64,000 bases of DNA, taken from positions 576,001 through 640,000 of the forward strand of contig JBGANV010000002.1 in NCBI GenBank assembly GCA_044222185.1, in the 5' to 3' direction. Below the pieces are notes generated by a model that was given only the letters and a program-made list of their open reading frames with translations, did not search any database and had not been told where the DNA came from. Made by a program: the position numbers and the translations under genes. Positions 10,002 through 19,925 of this stretch are shown piece by piece. The stretch comes from Planctomycetota bacterium. Lineage in GTDB: Bacteria > Planctomycetota > GCA-002687715 > CAIWVZ01. How positions within the stretch are numbered: position 1 is the stretch's first letter; each line of letters opens with the position of its first letter.

Positions 10002-12572
10002 ATGAACGACGCCAAGACACTCGACCTTCCGGAGAAGGCTGGTTGGGCTCAGCCGCGGAAATTCCTCGAGGTGAGCGGCCGGCGTGCGGCGCTCCTCGGT
10101 CACGAGAACGGGTCGTTCGAATGCTGGATGTGGCCCGTGAAGGTCTGCCACGACCTTTCGCTGCGGTTCCAGCTGGCATCGGGCGGAAGCGCGCTCGCGG
10201 GGCGCGACCTCGTATCGCACGTATCCGTGCGACCGGACCGCGTGGTTCTGACTTATGTCCACGAGGCGTTCACGGTCCGTCAGACCTTGTTCGCCGCACT
10301 CGATCATCGACTGATCGCCATGCTCATCGACGTGGATTCGCCACGTGACCTGGTGGTGCAAGTGACGTTCGCACCCGACATGCGCCCGATGTGGCCGGCC
10401 GGATTCGGCGGGCAGATCGCCACGCAGGATGCCGTGACGGGAGCGACGTTCCTCACCGAGGAACTGGGGAGGTTCGGCGTGCTGTTGGGTTCACCGGGGG
10501 CCCCGCGCGTCTCCATCGGCGCGGATCACGCGTTGCCCCGCGATCCCGTCACGATCCCGCTGACCTGGAGGGCGACGGACTCGGAGCCGCTCATCTTCCT
10601 GATCGCCGGCGCCGAGGTCGTCCCAGACCAGCTTCCCGCCTCGGCCGAAGTCGGGGAGCACGGGGCCGCGACGGGGCTGTCGCGCATCGACAAGGTGCGC
10701 GAGCACGCGCGAGCCGCGTACCGCGACGGCTCGACGAACTGGTCGGTCCGGCTCGCGGAGGTGCGCTCCCACTGGCGCCGGTTCCTCGATCGGACGACCC
10801 TCCTCCAGACGTCGGATCCTGCGGTGGACGATGCCTTCTTGTGGGCAAAGATCGCCATCGAGAAGTCGTGGGTCGAGGTTGACGGACTCGGCCGCAGCCT
10901 CGTCGCGGGGCTCGCACCCAGTGCCGGAAGCGATCGGCCCGGGTTCGGGTGGTTCTTCGACGGCGACGCGCTCTGCGCGGCTCGCGCCATGGCTGCCTAC
11001 GGCGACACGGAGGGACAGCTGCGCGTCCTGGGTGCCGCCGCGTCGCGCCAGCGCTCCGACGGCAAGCTGATGCACGAGCTGACGCTCTCGTCGCGCCTGT
11101 GCAACTGGCTCGAGGACTATCCGTACGCGTACTACAAGGCGCCGAACTCGCCCGACTTCGTCGCGGCCCTGGAGCTGTGCCTGCGCCACAACGGCGACCG
11201 ACCCACTCTCGAGCGGTTGTTCACGAATGCGAAGCGCGCGGTCCAGTGGTGCCACGCGTGCCTCGACCAGAACGGATTGATGACGAATCGGAAGGCCGGG
11301 CTCGCCGCCGTCGAAGCCGGATCGCTCGTGGGGGTCATCCGCTCCGAGGTCTACCTCCACGGCATGTACTTGAGCGCCTTGCGAGCGCTGGAGCGCCTCG
11401 CGGGATGGATCGGCGAGAAGGACGTCGCGCACTGGGCCACGACGAACCTCGCGCACGCGACTTCCGCGTTCGAATCGTTCTGGTCCGAGAAGGCCGGCCG
11501 GTATGGCTTCGCGCTCCTCACCGACGGGAAGTGGTTCGACGACCTGAATGCCTATCTCGCCGAGCCACTCGCCGCGGGGCACGGTGAAACGGCGCGCGCA
11601 CATGCCAGCGTCCAGGGGTTGAACGACCCCGCACTCTGCAGCGACTGGGGCGTGCGGATGTTCGCGCGGACCTCGGCGATCTACGACCCGGCCAACTACA
11701 ACACCGGCAGCGTATTCCCGTACCTGACCAACTTCGTGATCCTTGCGCACTACCGCCACGGACTGACGGCGGCCGGCTGGCAGATCTACAGGTCCCAGGT
11801 GGCGCTGAGCGACTTCTCCGGTCGCGGGTTCGTCCCCGAGCACCTGATCGGTGATCGCTGCACGGCGCCCGAACGGGGCGTCCCGCACCAGGTGTTCTCG
11901 TCCACGACGATCGTGCAGGGCGCGATCTTCGGCATCCTCGGCATCGAGGCGGATGCATTCGAGGGCGTCCTCCGCATCCGGCCGGCGCTCCCGCCGCACT
12001 GGCGGCGCGCGACGGTGACGCACATGCGCGTCGGGCCGACACTCCTGGATCTCCGGGTCGAGCGTGATCGAGGCGGCGACGGCACCACGTACCACGTGTG
12101 GGCGTTCATCCGCGAAGGCCCGAGCCTCGCGCTCGACATCACGCTGTCGTGCCCGCCGCTCACGCAGCTCGGCTCCGCGGTCGTCAACCGCAGGGACGTA
12201 CCGTCGGCCGCCGTGCGCCCTGCCGGCGGTTCGGTGGCGATCGAGGTGGGAAGACACGCGATCCTGCGCGAACTCGCCTGCACGGTCGTCGTGCGCGAGG
12301 GACCCCAGCTCTTGCTGGAGGCACCCGAGCTGCGCGAAGGCGCGCGTAGTCGATCCGTCCGCCTCACGCGAACGGAGATCATCGGCGCGACGTCCGTCCG
12401 GTGGACCTTGCAGGGGCTCTCGGGCTCGACGGCGCGCGCGCGCCTTTTCGCCGACCGCGAGATGCAGGTGCAGGGCGCGGCGGTCGAGGCTCGCGGCGAG
12501 GCCCACCTCGACTTCCCGGCCGGCGACGGCGACAGTTTCGTGTCGCACGTGGTCGAAGTGACGGTTGGTTAG
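10002..12572 (+). CDS. amylo-alpha-1,6-glucosidase / glycogen-debranching-like (alpha/alpha)6 glycoside hydrolase
   Basis: LVAG...RPGFGWFFDGDA, DGKLMHE, WGVRM...YDPANYNTGSVFP, PHQVFSS. Confidence 0.8.
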   Translation: MNDAKTLDLPEKAGWAQPRKFLEVSGRRAALLGHENGSFECWMWPVKVCHDLSLRFQLASGGSALAGRDLVSHVSVRPDRVVLTYVHEAFTVRQTLFAALDHRLIAMLIDVDSPRDLVVQVTFAPDMRPMWPAGFGGQIATQDAVTGATFLTEELGRFGVLLGSPGAPRVSIGADHALPRDPVTIPLTWRATDSEPLIFLIAGAEVVPDQLPASAEVGEHGAATGLSRIDKVREHARAAYRDGSTNWSVRLAEVRSHWRRFLDRTTLLQTSDPAVDDAFLWAKIAIEKSWVEVDGLGRSLVAGLAPSAGSDRPGFGWFFDGDALCAARAMAAYGDTEGQLRVLGAAASRQRSDGKLMHELTLSSRLCNWLEDYPYAYYKAPNSPDFVAALELCLRHNGDRPTLERLFTNAKRAVQWCHACLDQNGLMTNRKAGLAAVEAGSLVGVIRSEVYLHGMYLSALRALERLAGWIGEKDVAHWATTNLAHATSAFESFWSEKAGRYGFALLTDGKWFDDLNAYLAEPLAAGHGETARAHASVQGLNDPALCSDWGVRMFARTSAIYDPANYNTGSVFPYLTNFVILAHYRHGLTAAGWQIYRSQVALSDFSGRGFVPEHLIGDRCTAPERGVPHQVFSSTTIVQGAIFGILGIEADAFEGVLRIRPALPPHWRRATVTHMRVGPTLLDLRVERDRGGDGTTYHVWAFIREGPSLALDITLSCPPLTQLGSAVVNRRDVPSAAVRPAGGSVAIEVGRHAILRELACTVVVREGPQLLLEAPELREGARSRSVRLTRTEIIGATSVRWTLQGLSGSTARARLFADREMQVQGAAVEARGEAHLDFPAGDGDSFVSHVVEVTVG

Positions 12573-12582
12573 AACCCTCGCC

Positions 12583-14787
12583 ATGACATCGCCTCACGAA
12601 ATCCGGATGAACCCTTGCGCGTGCGTCATTCCCATCGGCGCCAAGCCCGCCGTCGGCCCGGGCATCGGCCGTCTGCAGTGGTTCCGCATGCGCCCGCCCG
12701 TCTCGGACGTGACGGTGATCACCGTGCGTCCGATCCTGGACGATGGGACCGAGCCGGCCGCTTCGTTGGTGCTCGCGACGTCGCCGGACAAGGAGCCCAT
12801 GAGCCACGCACCGGACGGATTCCCTCCCGTCGCCTTCGAGGCGGATGGAGGCGTCGTTCGAGGCCAGGTCGCCTTGCCGGAAGGCTCGTCGTTCTACGGG
12901 ACCGGCGAGGTGACGGGGCCGCTCCTTCGAACGGGTCGCGCGACGATGCTGTGGAACACGGACGCCTGGGGCTACGCCGAGACGATGCCGGTGATGTATC
13001 AGTCGCACCCGTACGTACTCGGGGTCCTGCCTGACGGACGCGCCGTGGGCGTTCTCGCCGACACGATCCGCCGGGGGTGCGTGGTGTGCGCGCCGAATGG
13101 CGTCGAACTCCAGTTCGAAGAGGATCCGTACGACGTCCACGTCATCCTCGGGGAATCCCCGCTTGCCGTGTCCGAGGCGCTGTCCGCGTTGATCGGGCGC
13201 ATCCGGCTGCCGCCGCTCTACGCGCTCGGGTACCACCAGTGCCGCTGGTCCTACATGACCGCGGACGAAGTGCGCGACGTCGCCCGCAACTTCCGCGAGC
13301 GGAAGATCCCCTGCGACGTCATCTGGTTCGACATCGACTACATGGATGGCTACCGGTGCTTCACGTGGGATCCGGCCCGATTCGCCGACCCCCGCGGGCT
13401 GACCGACGAACTCCACCGATCCAACTTCCGTTCCATCGTCATGCTCGACCCGGGCCTCGCGGTCGGAGACGACCCGATCACGCGCTCCGGGCTCGACGGC
13501 GAGCATTTCGTGATCGACGCCAAGGGGCGGCCGTTCCAGGGGCGTGTCTGGCCTGGCATCTGCCACTTCCCGGATTTCACGCGCCCCGAGACCCGCCTGT
13601 GGTGGGGGACCATGGTCGGCGAGTTTGCCGACCGACATGGGATCGACGGCGTGTGGAACGACATGAACGAGCCCTCCGTGTTCGGGGTGCCGACGAAGAC
13701 CATGCCCGAGGACGTGCAGCACCGCGGCGCTGGCGGTGGTCCGCACAAGAAATTCCACAACGCGTACGGGATGTTCATGGCGCAGGCGTCCCACGAGGGG
13801 CTCGCCGCGGCACGGCCCGATCGGCGGCCGTTCGTGCTCACGCGATCGAATCACATCGCGGGTTCGCGGTTCGCGGCGACCTGGACCGGTGACAACCAGG
13901 CGCTCTGGGAAGACCTGCGTTGGTCGATCACGATGACTCTGAACCTGGGACTGTCGGGCCAGCCCTTCTCCGGCCCCGACATCGGTGGCTTCGCCGGCAA
14001 TCCGACGCCCGAGCTGTTCACGCGCTGGTTCGAACTCGGGGCCTACCTCCCGTTCTGCCGAGGGCACGGCCACAAGCACGACTGCCGGAAGGAGCCGTGG
14101 TCGTTCGGGCCCGAGGCGGAGGCGCACGTGCGCGCCGCGCTCGAGCGCCGCATGCGGCTCATGCCCTACCTCTACACGTTGTTCCGCAGCGCCGAGGTGC
14201 ACGGGCATCCCATCGTCCGACCGCTGTTCTTCGCGGACCCGCGGGACGCGGCGCTGCGCGCGATCGAGGACTGCTTCCTCCTCGGGGGTGACCTTCTCGT
14301 CGCCCCGGTGACCGAGCCCGGCCAGACCACGAAGCACGTCACCTTCCCCGGAGTCGGCTGGTATTTGTTCCCGAGCGGCGGCCCCATGCTGCTCGATCGG
14401 AAGATGAACGTGTCCGCTCCGCTGGGCTCGACACCCGTCTTCGCCCGTGCGGGCTCCATCGTCCCCGAGGGTCCCCTGCGCGAGTTCACCATGCCGTCGC
14501 TTCACGAGCCCATCACGCTCCACGTCTTCCTAGACGCCAAGGGGCGCGCCACCGGCCGGCTCTACGAAGACGACGGCGAATCCAACGCGCACCTGCGGGG
14601 TGAGTTCCGGGATACGCACTACGTAGCGCAACTGGACGGACGAAAGTTCACGCTGACGGCTTCGCGCACGGGGAAGGCCCCGGCTCCCTCGCGACGCCGC
14701 ACCGTCATCGTCCACGCCGCCAACGGCACGGTCGCGCGGCACGAGGATGACGACGGCGCGCGCACCGAGATCACGATCGAGGCGTGA
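12583..14787 (+). CDS. GH31 alpha-glucosidase
   Basis: LGYHQCRWSY, IWFDIDYMDG, GVWNDMNEP (nucleophile), WTGDN (acid/base), GPDIGGF, LYEDDG. Confidence 0.95.
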   Translation: MTSPHEIRMNPCACVIPIGAKPAVGPGIGRLQWFRMRPPVSDVTVITVRPILDDGTEPAASLVLATSPDKEPMSHAPDGFPPVAFEADGGVVRGQVALPEGSSFYGTGEVTGPLLRTGRATMLWNTDAWGYAETMPVMYQSHPYVLGVLPDGRAVGVLADTIRRGCVVCAPNGVELQFEEDPYDVHVILGESPLAVSEALSALIGRIRLPPLYALGYHQCRWSYMTADEVRDVARNFRERKIPCDVIWFDIDYMDGYRCFTWDPARFADPRGLTDELHRSNFRSIVMLDPGLAVGDDPITRSGLDGEHFVIDAKGRPFQGRVWPGICHFPDFTRPETRLWWGTMVGEFADRHGIDGVWNDMNEPSVFGVPTKTMPEDVQHRGAGGGPHKKFHNAYGMFMAQASHEGLAAARPDRRPFVLTRSNHIAGSRFAATWTGDNQALWEDLRWSITMTLNLGLSGQPFSGPDIGGFAGNPTPELFTRWFELGAYLPFCRGHGHKHDCRKEPWSFGPEAEAHVRAALERRMRLMPYLYTLFRSAEVHGHPIVRPLFFADPRDAALRAIEDCFLLGGDLLVAPVTEPGQTTKHVTFPGVGWYLFPSGGPMLLDRKMNVSAPLGSTPVFARAGSIVPEGPLREFTMPSLHEPITLHVFLDAKGRATGRLYEDDGESNAHLRGEFRDTHYVAQLDGRKFTLTASRTGKAPAPSRRRTVIVHAANGTVARHEDDDGARTEITIEA

Positions 14788-14892
14788 AGATCCGCGCGGC
14801 TTCGGCCGCCACCAGGGACTGGCGCGGCCGGCGGACGTGCAATTCGCCCGCATCGTCGCGGCAGCGCGGTCGCGGCGCCGGACACGATCGGT

Positions 14893-15912
14893 TCACTGCA
14901 CACGCCAGCGGGCGTTGCGCAGCTTGCCGAAGGAGAGGCCGATCTCGGTCCAGGTGAGTCGCTCGAAGGAGAAGTTCCGCTGCGTCGCGCGCACGTGGGG
15001 ATGGAGCGTTTCCGCCAGTGCGCGGAAGAGTCCCTTCTCCTCGAGTTCGTCGAGCAGCGACTGGTAGTCGAGAAACACGTCGCGCACGAGGTGCTTGGCC
15101 AGGGCCTTCACCGAGAGCGCGGCCGCGGCGCCGGTGCCGATGACGAACTTCCCACCCTTGGCGGCGGCCTGCACGGCGAGCCCCGTGATGACCTCGAACA
15201 CGGACTGTCCCGTGTCCTTCGCCAGGCTCTCCACGCCCTCGGCCAGCTTGTCGATCTGCGCGACGTCGAAGATCGCGGTCTTCGATGCGGACGCCAGCTC
15301 GGCCCGGATCTCGGCGAGTTGGGCGCGCATGTCCTCGATGCGCAGCGGCGGCAGGTCCACGGCGTCACCCGCGCGATCGGAGAGATTCGCGAGCGCGCTG
15401 AAGAGGAGATCGACGTTGTCGACCCTCGAACCCGGTTTGACGAGGCCGGCGTTCTTCAGGTCTTCGATGACGTCGTGAACGACCGTGCGGGCGCCGTCGG
15501 CGATGTCTTTCGTTGCGAGCAGGATCCACAGCGGACTCGCATGGAGCGTGGCGATGCAGAGGTTGTCGATGACGCTGCCGACGCCGAGGCGCGCCACCAT
15601 GGTTCCCGTCATCGCTTGCGACGCCGGGAATCGGCGGGCGCCTCCCAGGTCGTCGGTCAGGATCCGCATGTAGCGCAGGACGACCGTGCGGTAGATCCGG
15701 CTCTCGCGGACGGGCCTGGGCAGCAGCCGCGCGGCCGCGAGCCCGATCATCCCCACGAATCCCGCAGTGCTGCGTGCGATCCGCTCGGGGAGCGACGCGA
15801 CGTAGAGGAAGTAGTTCCACACGGTGGCTGGGCGGACCTTCACCGACCCGGAAGGCGTGAGCTGGATCGGATCCGTCGTGAGCGTGGGTGATGTGGCGGG
15901 TTCTTCGGTCAC
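14893..15912 (-). CDS. hypothetical alpha-helical protein
   Basis: Long ORF with host-like codon usage, last gene of the minus-strand operon with def; SLPER and ASPLWILLA motifs. Confidence 0.7.
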   Translation of the reverse strand: MTEEPATSPTLTTDPIQLTPSGSVKVRPATVWNYFLYVASLPERIARSTAGFVGMIGLAAARLLPRPVRESRIYRTVVLRYMRILTDDLGGARRFPASQAMTGTMVARLGVGSVIDNLCIATLHASPLWILLATKDIADGARTVVHDVIEDLKNAGLVKPGSRVDNVDLLFSALANLSDRAGDAVDLPPLRIEDMRAQLAEIRAELASASKTAIFDVAQIDKLAEGVESLAKDTGQSVFEVITGLAVQAAAKGGKFVIGTGAAAALSVKALAKHLVRDVFLDYQSLLDELEEKGLFRALAETLHPHVRATQRNFSFERLTWTEIGLSFGKLRNARWRVQ

Positions 15913-15942
15913 GGCTGTCGATCTGCTTCGCGCTGGAAGGGG

Positions 15943-16485
15943 TCAGCCCTTCGAGCGCTTGGCGCGGTACTTCAGGTGTTCGCGCAGGAAGCCGAGGGTT
16001 TTGATGTCGGTCAGTCGATCGATGTAGATGACGCCGTCCAGATGGTCGCACTCGTGCTGGGCGACGGCGGCCGCGAACCCGAGCAGGACCTCGTCCATGG
16101 GCTTGCCCTCGCGGTCCAACCCCTGGAGGCGGATCTTCGCGCAACGGGTGACTTCGCCCCGCAGGTCGGGAACGGACAGGCAGCCCTCGAAGTGAGTGAG
16201 GGTCTCGTCCGTCAGGAACGTGATCTCGGGGTTGACGACGATTCGCAGGGAGTCCGGCGGGGCGTCGGGATTCTTCGGGTCTCGCGCCCACTCCATCATG
16301 ACGATGCGCTTGAGGACGCCCACTTGCGGAGCCGCCAGACCCACGCCTTCGTTCGCGTAGCAGGTGTCGATGAGGTCGTCGATGAACCGCTGCGTTGCGT
16401 GCGAGCGGATCTCCTTCTTCGTGATGGGTGCGGAGACCTTGCGAAGGGTCGGGTCACCGATGCGGAGTATGTCGAGAACGGCCAT
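15943..16485 (-). CDS. def: peptide deformylase
   Basis: GVGLAAPQVG, EGCLSVP, QHECDHLDG motifs; ATG at 16485. Confidence 0.96.
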   Translation of the reverse strand: MAVLDILRIGDPTLRKVSAPITKKEIRSHATQRFIDDLIDTCYANEGVGLAAPQVGVLKRIVMMEWARDPKNPDAPPDSLRIVVNPEITFLTDETLTHFEGCLSVPDLRGEVTRCAKIRLQGLDREGKPMDEVLLGFAAAVAQHECDHLDGVIYIDRLTDIKTLGFLREHLKYRAKRSKG

Positions 16486-16486
16486 G

Positions 16487-17497
16487 TCAGTCGGCGTCCA
16501 GGGCTCGTACGGTTTTCGTGAGTGATTCGTAGGTGTGCAGGTGGTTGTAGAGGCTGAAGGCCGGCCCGTGGGCCAGCCGCTCGGCTGCGGCACGGAACGG
16601 ATCGACGATCAGCCCACACCGGCCCACGTCGGTGACGAGGAGGCCTTCATCGTCGTCGTTGCGCCAGTTGCCGCCGAGCAGCTTGATGAGCGTCCGGCCG
16701 AAGTACGCACCTGCGGCGTGCGCGAACGCTTCGTTCGCCGGGTCGTCCAAATCGGTCGACTCGCCGGGCTCATCCAGGTCGGAGAACAGGAGCTCGAGGT
16801 CGAAGATGCTCTCGCGTGAGCCGTCGAGGGTCGTCCCGAACCCTTGGAAGCGGGACAGCAGATCGGTTTCCAGCCGCGTGACGAGGTCGCGCTGATCGGC
16901 CTCGACGAACGTGAACTCGTCGCCCGCCTCGTCGTAGCGCGCCGCGAACGTGAACGGCCCGACGAGGAACCGCTCGCCGGGCTCCTTCTCGTCCTCGGTG
17001 ACGAGCCGCCAGATCACCCGCCATGCATCCGCCATGGTGCGCTCGAGTTCGGCACGGTCCTTCGTCGCGAAGTAGCCCGATTCGTCGTCCACCGTCAGGT
17101 TGGGGACGAACGCCTCCCTCATGCCCCGCAACAGCTCGCACACTTCGACGTGAACGTCCGGGCCGGCGAACTGTGTCTTCACGAGCGTCTTCTCGCTCAG
17201 CACCGGGGAGGCCCCCGTGCTCGCATCCACGTAATCGTCGACGAGCACGCCGCCGGGGACCGTCACGAGGATCGGCAGGCGCTCGCAGGCGAAGTGGGGC
17301 ATCAGGATCAGGCCGCGGGTCGCCACCTGCTCCAAGGCCTCGTCCGATCCCCCCGAGCGCAGCGCAGCCTGGTGGAACTTCCGCTCCGACGGCCAGACCG
17401 ACCAGTCGAGGTCGCGGGCCTTCTCTTCGACCCACTTGAGGAACGGGTCGAGCCGCTCCGGCTCGACGCTCCCGCCCACTTCGATCGTGATCCCCAT
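16487..17497 (-). CDS. acidic hypothetical protein (C-terminal part DUF3806-like)
   Basis: N-terminal KTQFAG...VDDESGY; C-terminal GAYFGRTLI..LGGNW...DPF..AERL. Confidence 0.7.
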   Translation of the reverse strand: MGITIEVGGSVEPERLDPFLKWVEEKARDLDWSVWPSERKFHQAALRSGGSDEALEQVATRGLILMPHFACERLPILVTVPGGVLVDDYVDASTGASPVLSEKTLVKTQFAGPDVHVEVCELLRGMREAFVPNLTVDDESGYFATKDRAELERTMADAWRVIWRLVTEDEKEPGERFLVGPFTFAARYDEAGDEFTFVEADQRDLVTRLETDLLSRFQGFGTTLDGSRESIFDLELLFSDLDEPGESTDLDDPANEAFAHAAGAYFGRTLIKLLGGNWRNDDDEGLLVTDVGRCGLIVDPFRAAAERLAHGPAFSLYNHLHTYESLTKTVRALDAD

Positions 17498-17861
17498 GAG
17501 GCGAGGATCCTACGCAGCGGGCGTGTTCGTCCGAACGTTCGACGGATCGCCCGCGTCGCCTCATCTCGCGCCAGGCGCGACGGTTGAGGGCGGCGGCGGC
17601 GCGCTCGGTTCGTCGAGCCACGAATTCACGGGGATTTTTTGCGCCGTTTCTCGTCGCCACGCGGGCAATACCAGTGGGAAAAAAGGTGTTCTCAGGGCTC
17701 TTGATCGCGCCGGGGTTGTCAAGCCGCGGCGCGATCGCTTTTTGGGGACCCGTTTCCGGATGTGGGCCTTCGCGGGAGGCCCGTCCGCTGCCATGCGGCC
17801 CGCGTGCGCCTTTCGACAGCCATCGCCGTGGATACGATCGTGCCCTCGCGCGAGCGAACCC

Positions 17862-18554
17862 ATGGAACGGTCGAAACTTGGAGCAACCTTCCGCCGCCTG
17901 TACCAGCACACGGTCCGAGTGACCTGGACGGCGCTCCTGCGACTCTTCTTCGGCGCAGTGTTCGAGAACCCGCCGGATTGGAAGGCGCTCGGCCCGGTGA
18001 TCTTCGCTCCCAACCACACCTCCTACCTGGACCCGCTCTTCGTCCAGGCCGCGTCGCCCCGCCACTTGCGTTTCATGATGACGGAGACGATCTACCGGAT
18101 CCCCGCCATCTGCTGGTTCTTCAAGCTGTGGGATGCCATTCCCGTGCCCGACGGCGATGCGGTGAAGGTGGCCGCGATGAAGGACGCGCTCCGGGCGATC
18201 CGCAGTGGCGAGCCGCTCGTGATCTTCCCGGAGGGCGGCATCTCCCGAGACGGCTACCTGAAGTCCGGGAACCCGGGTGTCGTCAGCTTGATGGTGCGGG
18301 CGAAGGTGAAGGTCATCCCCGTGGCGATCCTCGGGGCGTACCAGATCCTCCCGTTCCGGGCGAACTTCCCCCGCGCAGGGCGCGTGAGGGTTCGGTTCGG
18401 CGAGCCGATCTCACCGCCGAGCGAGGATCTGGACCGCGAGGGCATTCGCAAGTTCGCCGCGACGATCATGGATGCGATCCACGCGCTCGGCGCCGCGCGC
18501 GAGGGTGAGCCGCTGCCCGCGATTCCGGCCGTCCCGGGTGCGTGCCCGGCCTGA
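17862..18554 (+). CDS. 1-acyl-sn-glycerol-3-phosphate acyltransferase (PlsC family)
   Basis: NHTSYLD (HX4D), IFPEGG, VIPVAI, VRFGEPI. Confidence 0.92.
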   Translation: MERSKLGATFRRLYQHTVRVTWTALLRLFFGAVFENPPDWKALGPVIFAPNHTSYLDPLFVQAASPRHLRFMMTETIYRIPAICWFFKLWDAIPVPDGDAVKVAAMKDALRAIRSGEPLVIFPEGGISRDGYLKSGNPGVVSLMVRAKVKVIPVAILGAYQILPFRANFPRAGRVRVRFGEPISPPSEDLDREGIRKFAATIMDAIHALGAAREGEPLPAIPAVPGACPA

Positions 18555-18562
18555 CGATCGCC

Positions 18563-19771
18563 TCACTTCACCGACGCGAAGAACTTGCGGATCCGATCCA
18601 AGCCCTTCTCGATGTTCGCACGCGAGCAGGTGTAGGTCAGGCGCAGGTTCGCCGGCGCACCGAACGAATCGCCGGGGATCGTCGCGACGAGTTCGTCCTC
18701 GAGCAGCGCTGCGGCGATGTCCGCGGCCGTGCGGAAGGTCCATTTGCCGCGGCCCTTGCCCAGGTAGGCGGAGACGTCGGGCATCACGTAGAACGCGCCC
18801 TTCGGCTCTGGGCAGCGCACACCTGGGATCGACGTCAGTCCCGCGTGGATGAGGTGACGGCGTGCGTCGAACTCGTCAACCATGGCGTGGTCGACGGCCT
18901 GCCCGCTCTTCAGCGCCGCGATCGCCGCGAGCTGCGTGATGGCGCTCGGGTGGCTGGTCGCCTGGCTCTGGAAGCGACCCATGGCGGTGATGATTTCCTT
19001 CGGTCCGCCGGCAAATCCGGCGCGCCACCCCGTCATGCAGTGCGACTTCGAGAGCCCGTTGATCACCACGACGCGGTCCTTCAGGTCCGGCGCCACGTGG
19101 AGAAGGCTGACGTACTTCGCACCGCCGTAGACGAGGTGCTGATAGATGTCGTCGGAGATCACCACGAGGTCGTGATCGCGCACGACTTGCGCCACCGCCT
19201 CCAGTGACTTGCGCGAGTACACGGCGCCCGTCGGGTTGTTCGGGCTGTTGATCAGGAGGCATCGCGACTTGGGCGTGATGGCCTTTCGGAGTTCGTCCGC
19301 ATCGACCTCGAAGCCCGTTTCGATCTTCGTGGGCACACCGACCGGGGTCGCCTCGACGGCGCGAACCATGTCCGGGTAGGAGTTCCAGTAGGGTGCCGGG
19401 AAGAGGACCTCGTCCCCCGGATTGCACACGGTGTAGAGCGTGTTGTAGATCGCGTGCTTCGCGCCGCTGCAGGCGATGACCTGGTCGGCCTCGAACGGGA
19501 AGCCGTCCTCCTTGAACTTGTTGGAGATCAGCCTCCGCAGATCCAGCAGTCCCATGGCGTGCGTGTACTTGCCGCGGCCGTCGCGGATCGCCTGGTAGGC
19601 GGCGTCCTTCACGTACTGGGGGACGTCGAAGTCGGGCTCGCCGGCGGCAAAGGCGACGACGTCGAGACCTTGCGCCCGCATCTCTGCGGCCTTGCTCGTG
19701 ATCTCGAGAGTGAGGGAATTCCCGACGAGGCCAACGCGACGGCTGGTGAGACTACGCGCGGTGTGGGACAC
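18563..19771 (-). CDS. PLP-dependent class I/II aminotransferase (aspartate aminotransferase type)
   Basis: AGEPDF, NSPNNPTG, SDDIY, NGLSKSHCMTGWRAG; GTG 19771 preceded by AGGAG. Confidence 0.93.
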   Translation of the reverse strand: MSHTARSLTSRRVGLVGNSLTLEITSKAAEMRAQGLDVVAFAAGEPDFDVPQYVKDAAYQAIRDGRGKYTHAMGLLDLRRLISNKFKEDGFPFEADQVIACSGAKHAIYNTLYTVCNPGDEVLFPAPYWNSYPDMVRAVEATPVGVPTKIETGFEVDADELRKAITPKSRCLLINSPNNPTGAVYSRKSLEAVAQVVRDHDLVVISDDIYQHLVYGGAKYVSLLHVAPDLKDRVVVINGLSKSHCMTGWRAGFAGGPKEIITAMGRFQSQATSHPSAITQLAAIAALKSGQAVDHAMVDEFDARRHLIHAGLTSIPGVRCPEPKGAFYVMPDVSAYLGKGRGKWTFRTAADIAAALLEDELVATIPGDSFGAPANLRLTYTCSRANIEKGLDRIRKFFASVK

Positions 19772-19925
19772 GATCGCGACTCCTGCTCTGGTGCGACTTT
19801 GGGACCACAAGCGTCCGTCGCAAGGAAGGCGGCAAGCTATCAGAGCGGCGGAGTGCCGGCAATCGAGGTGTGCTGCGGCGGCTGATCCGGCCCGCGCGAC
19901 CGGGATTCCGGGAGTGGCGGAGTCC

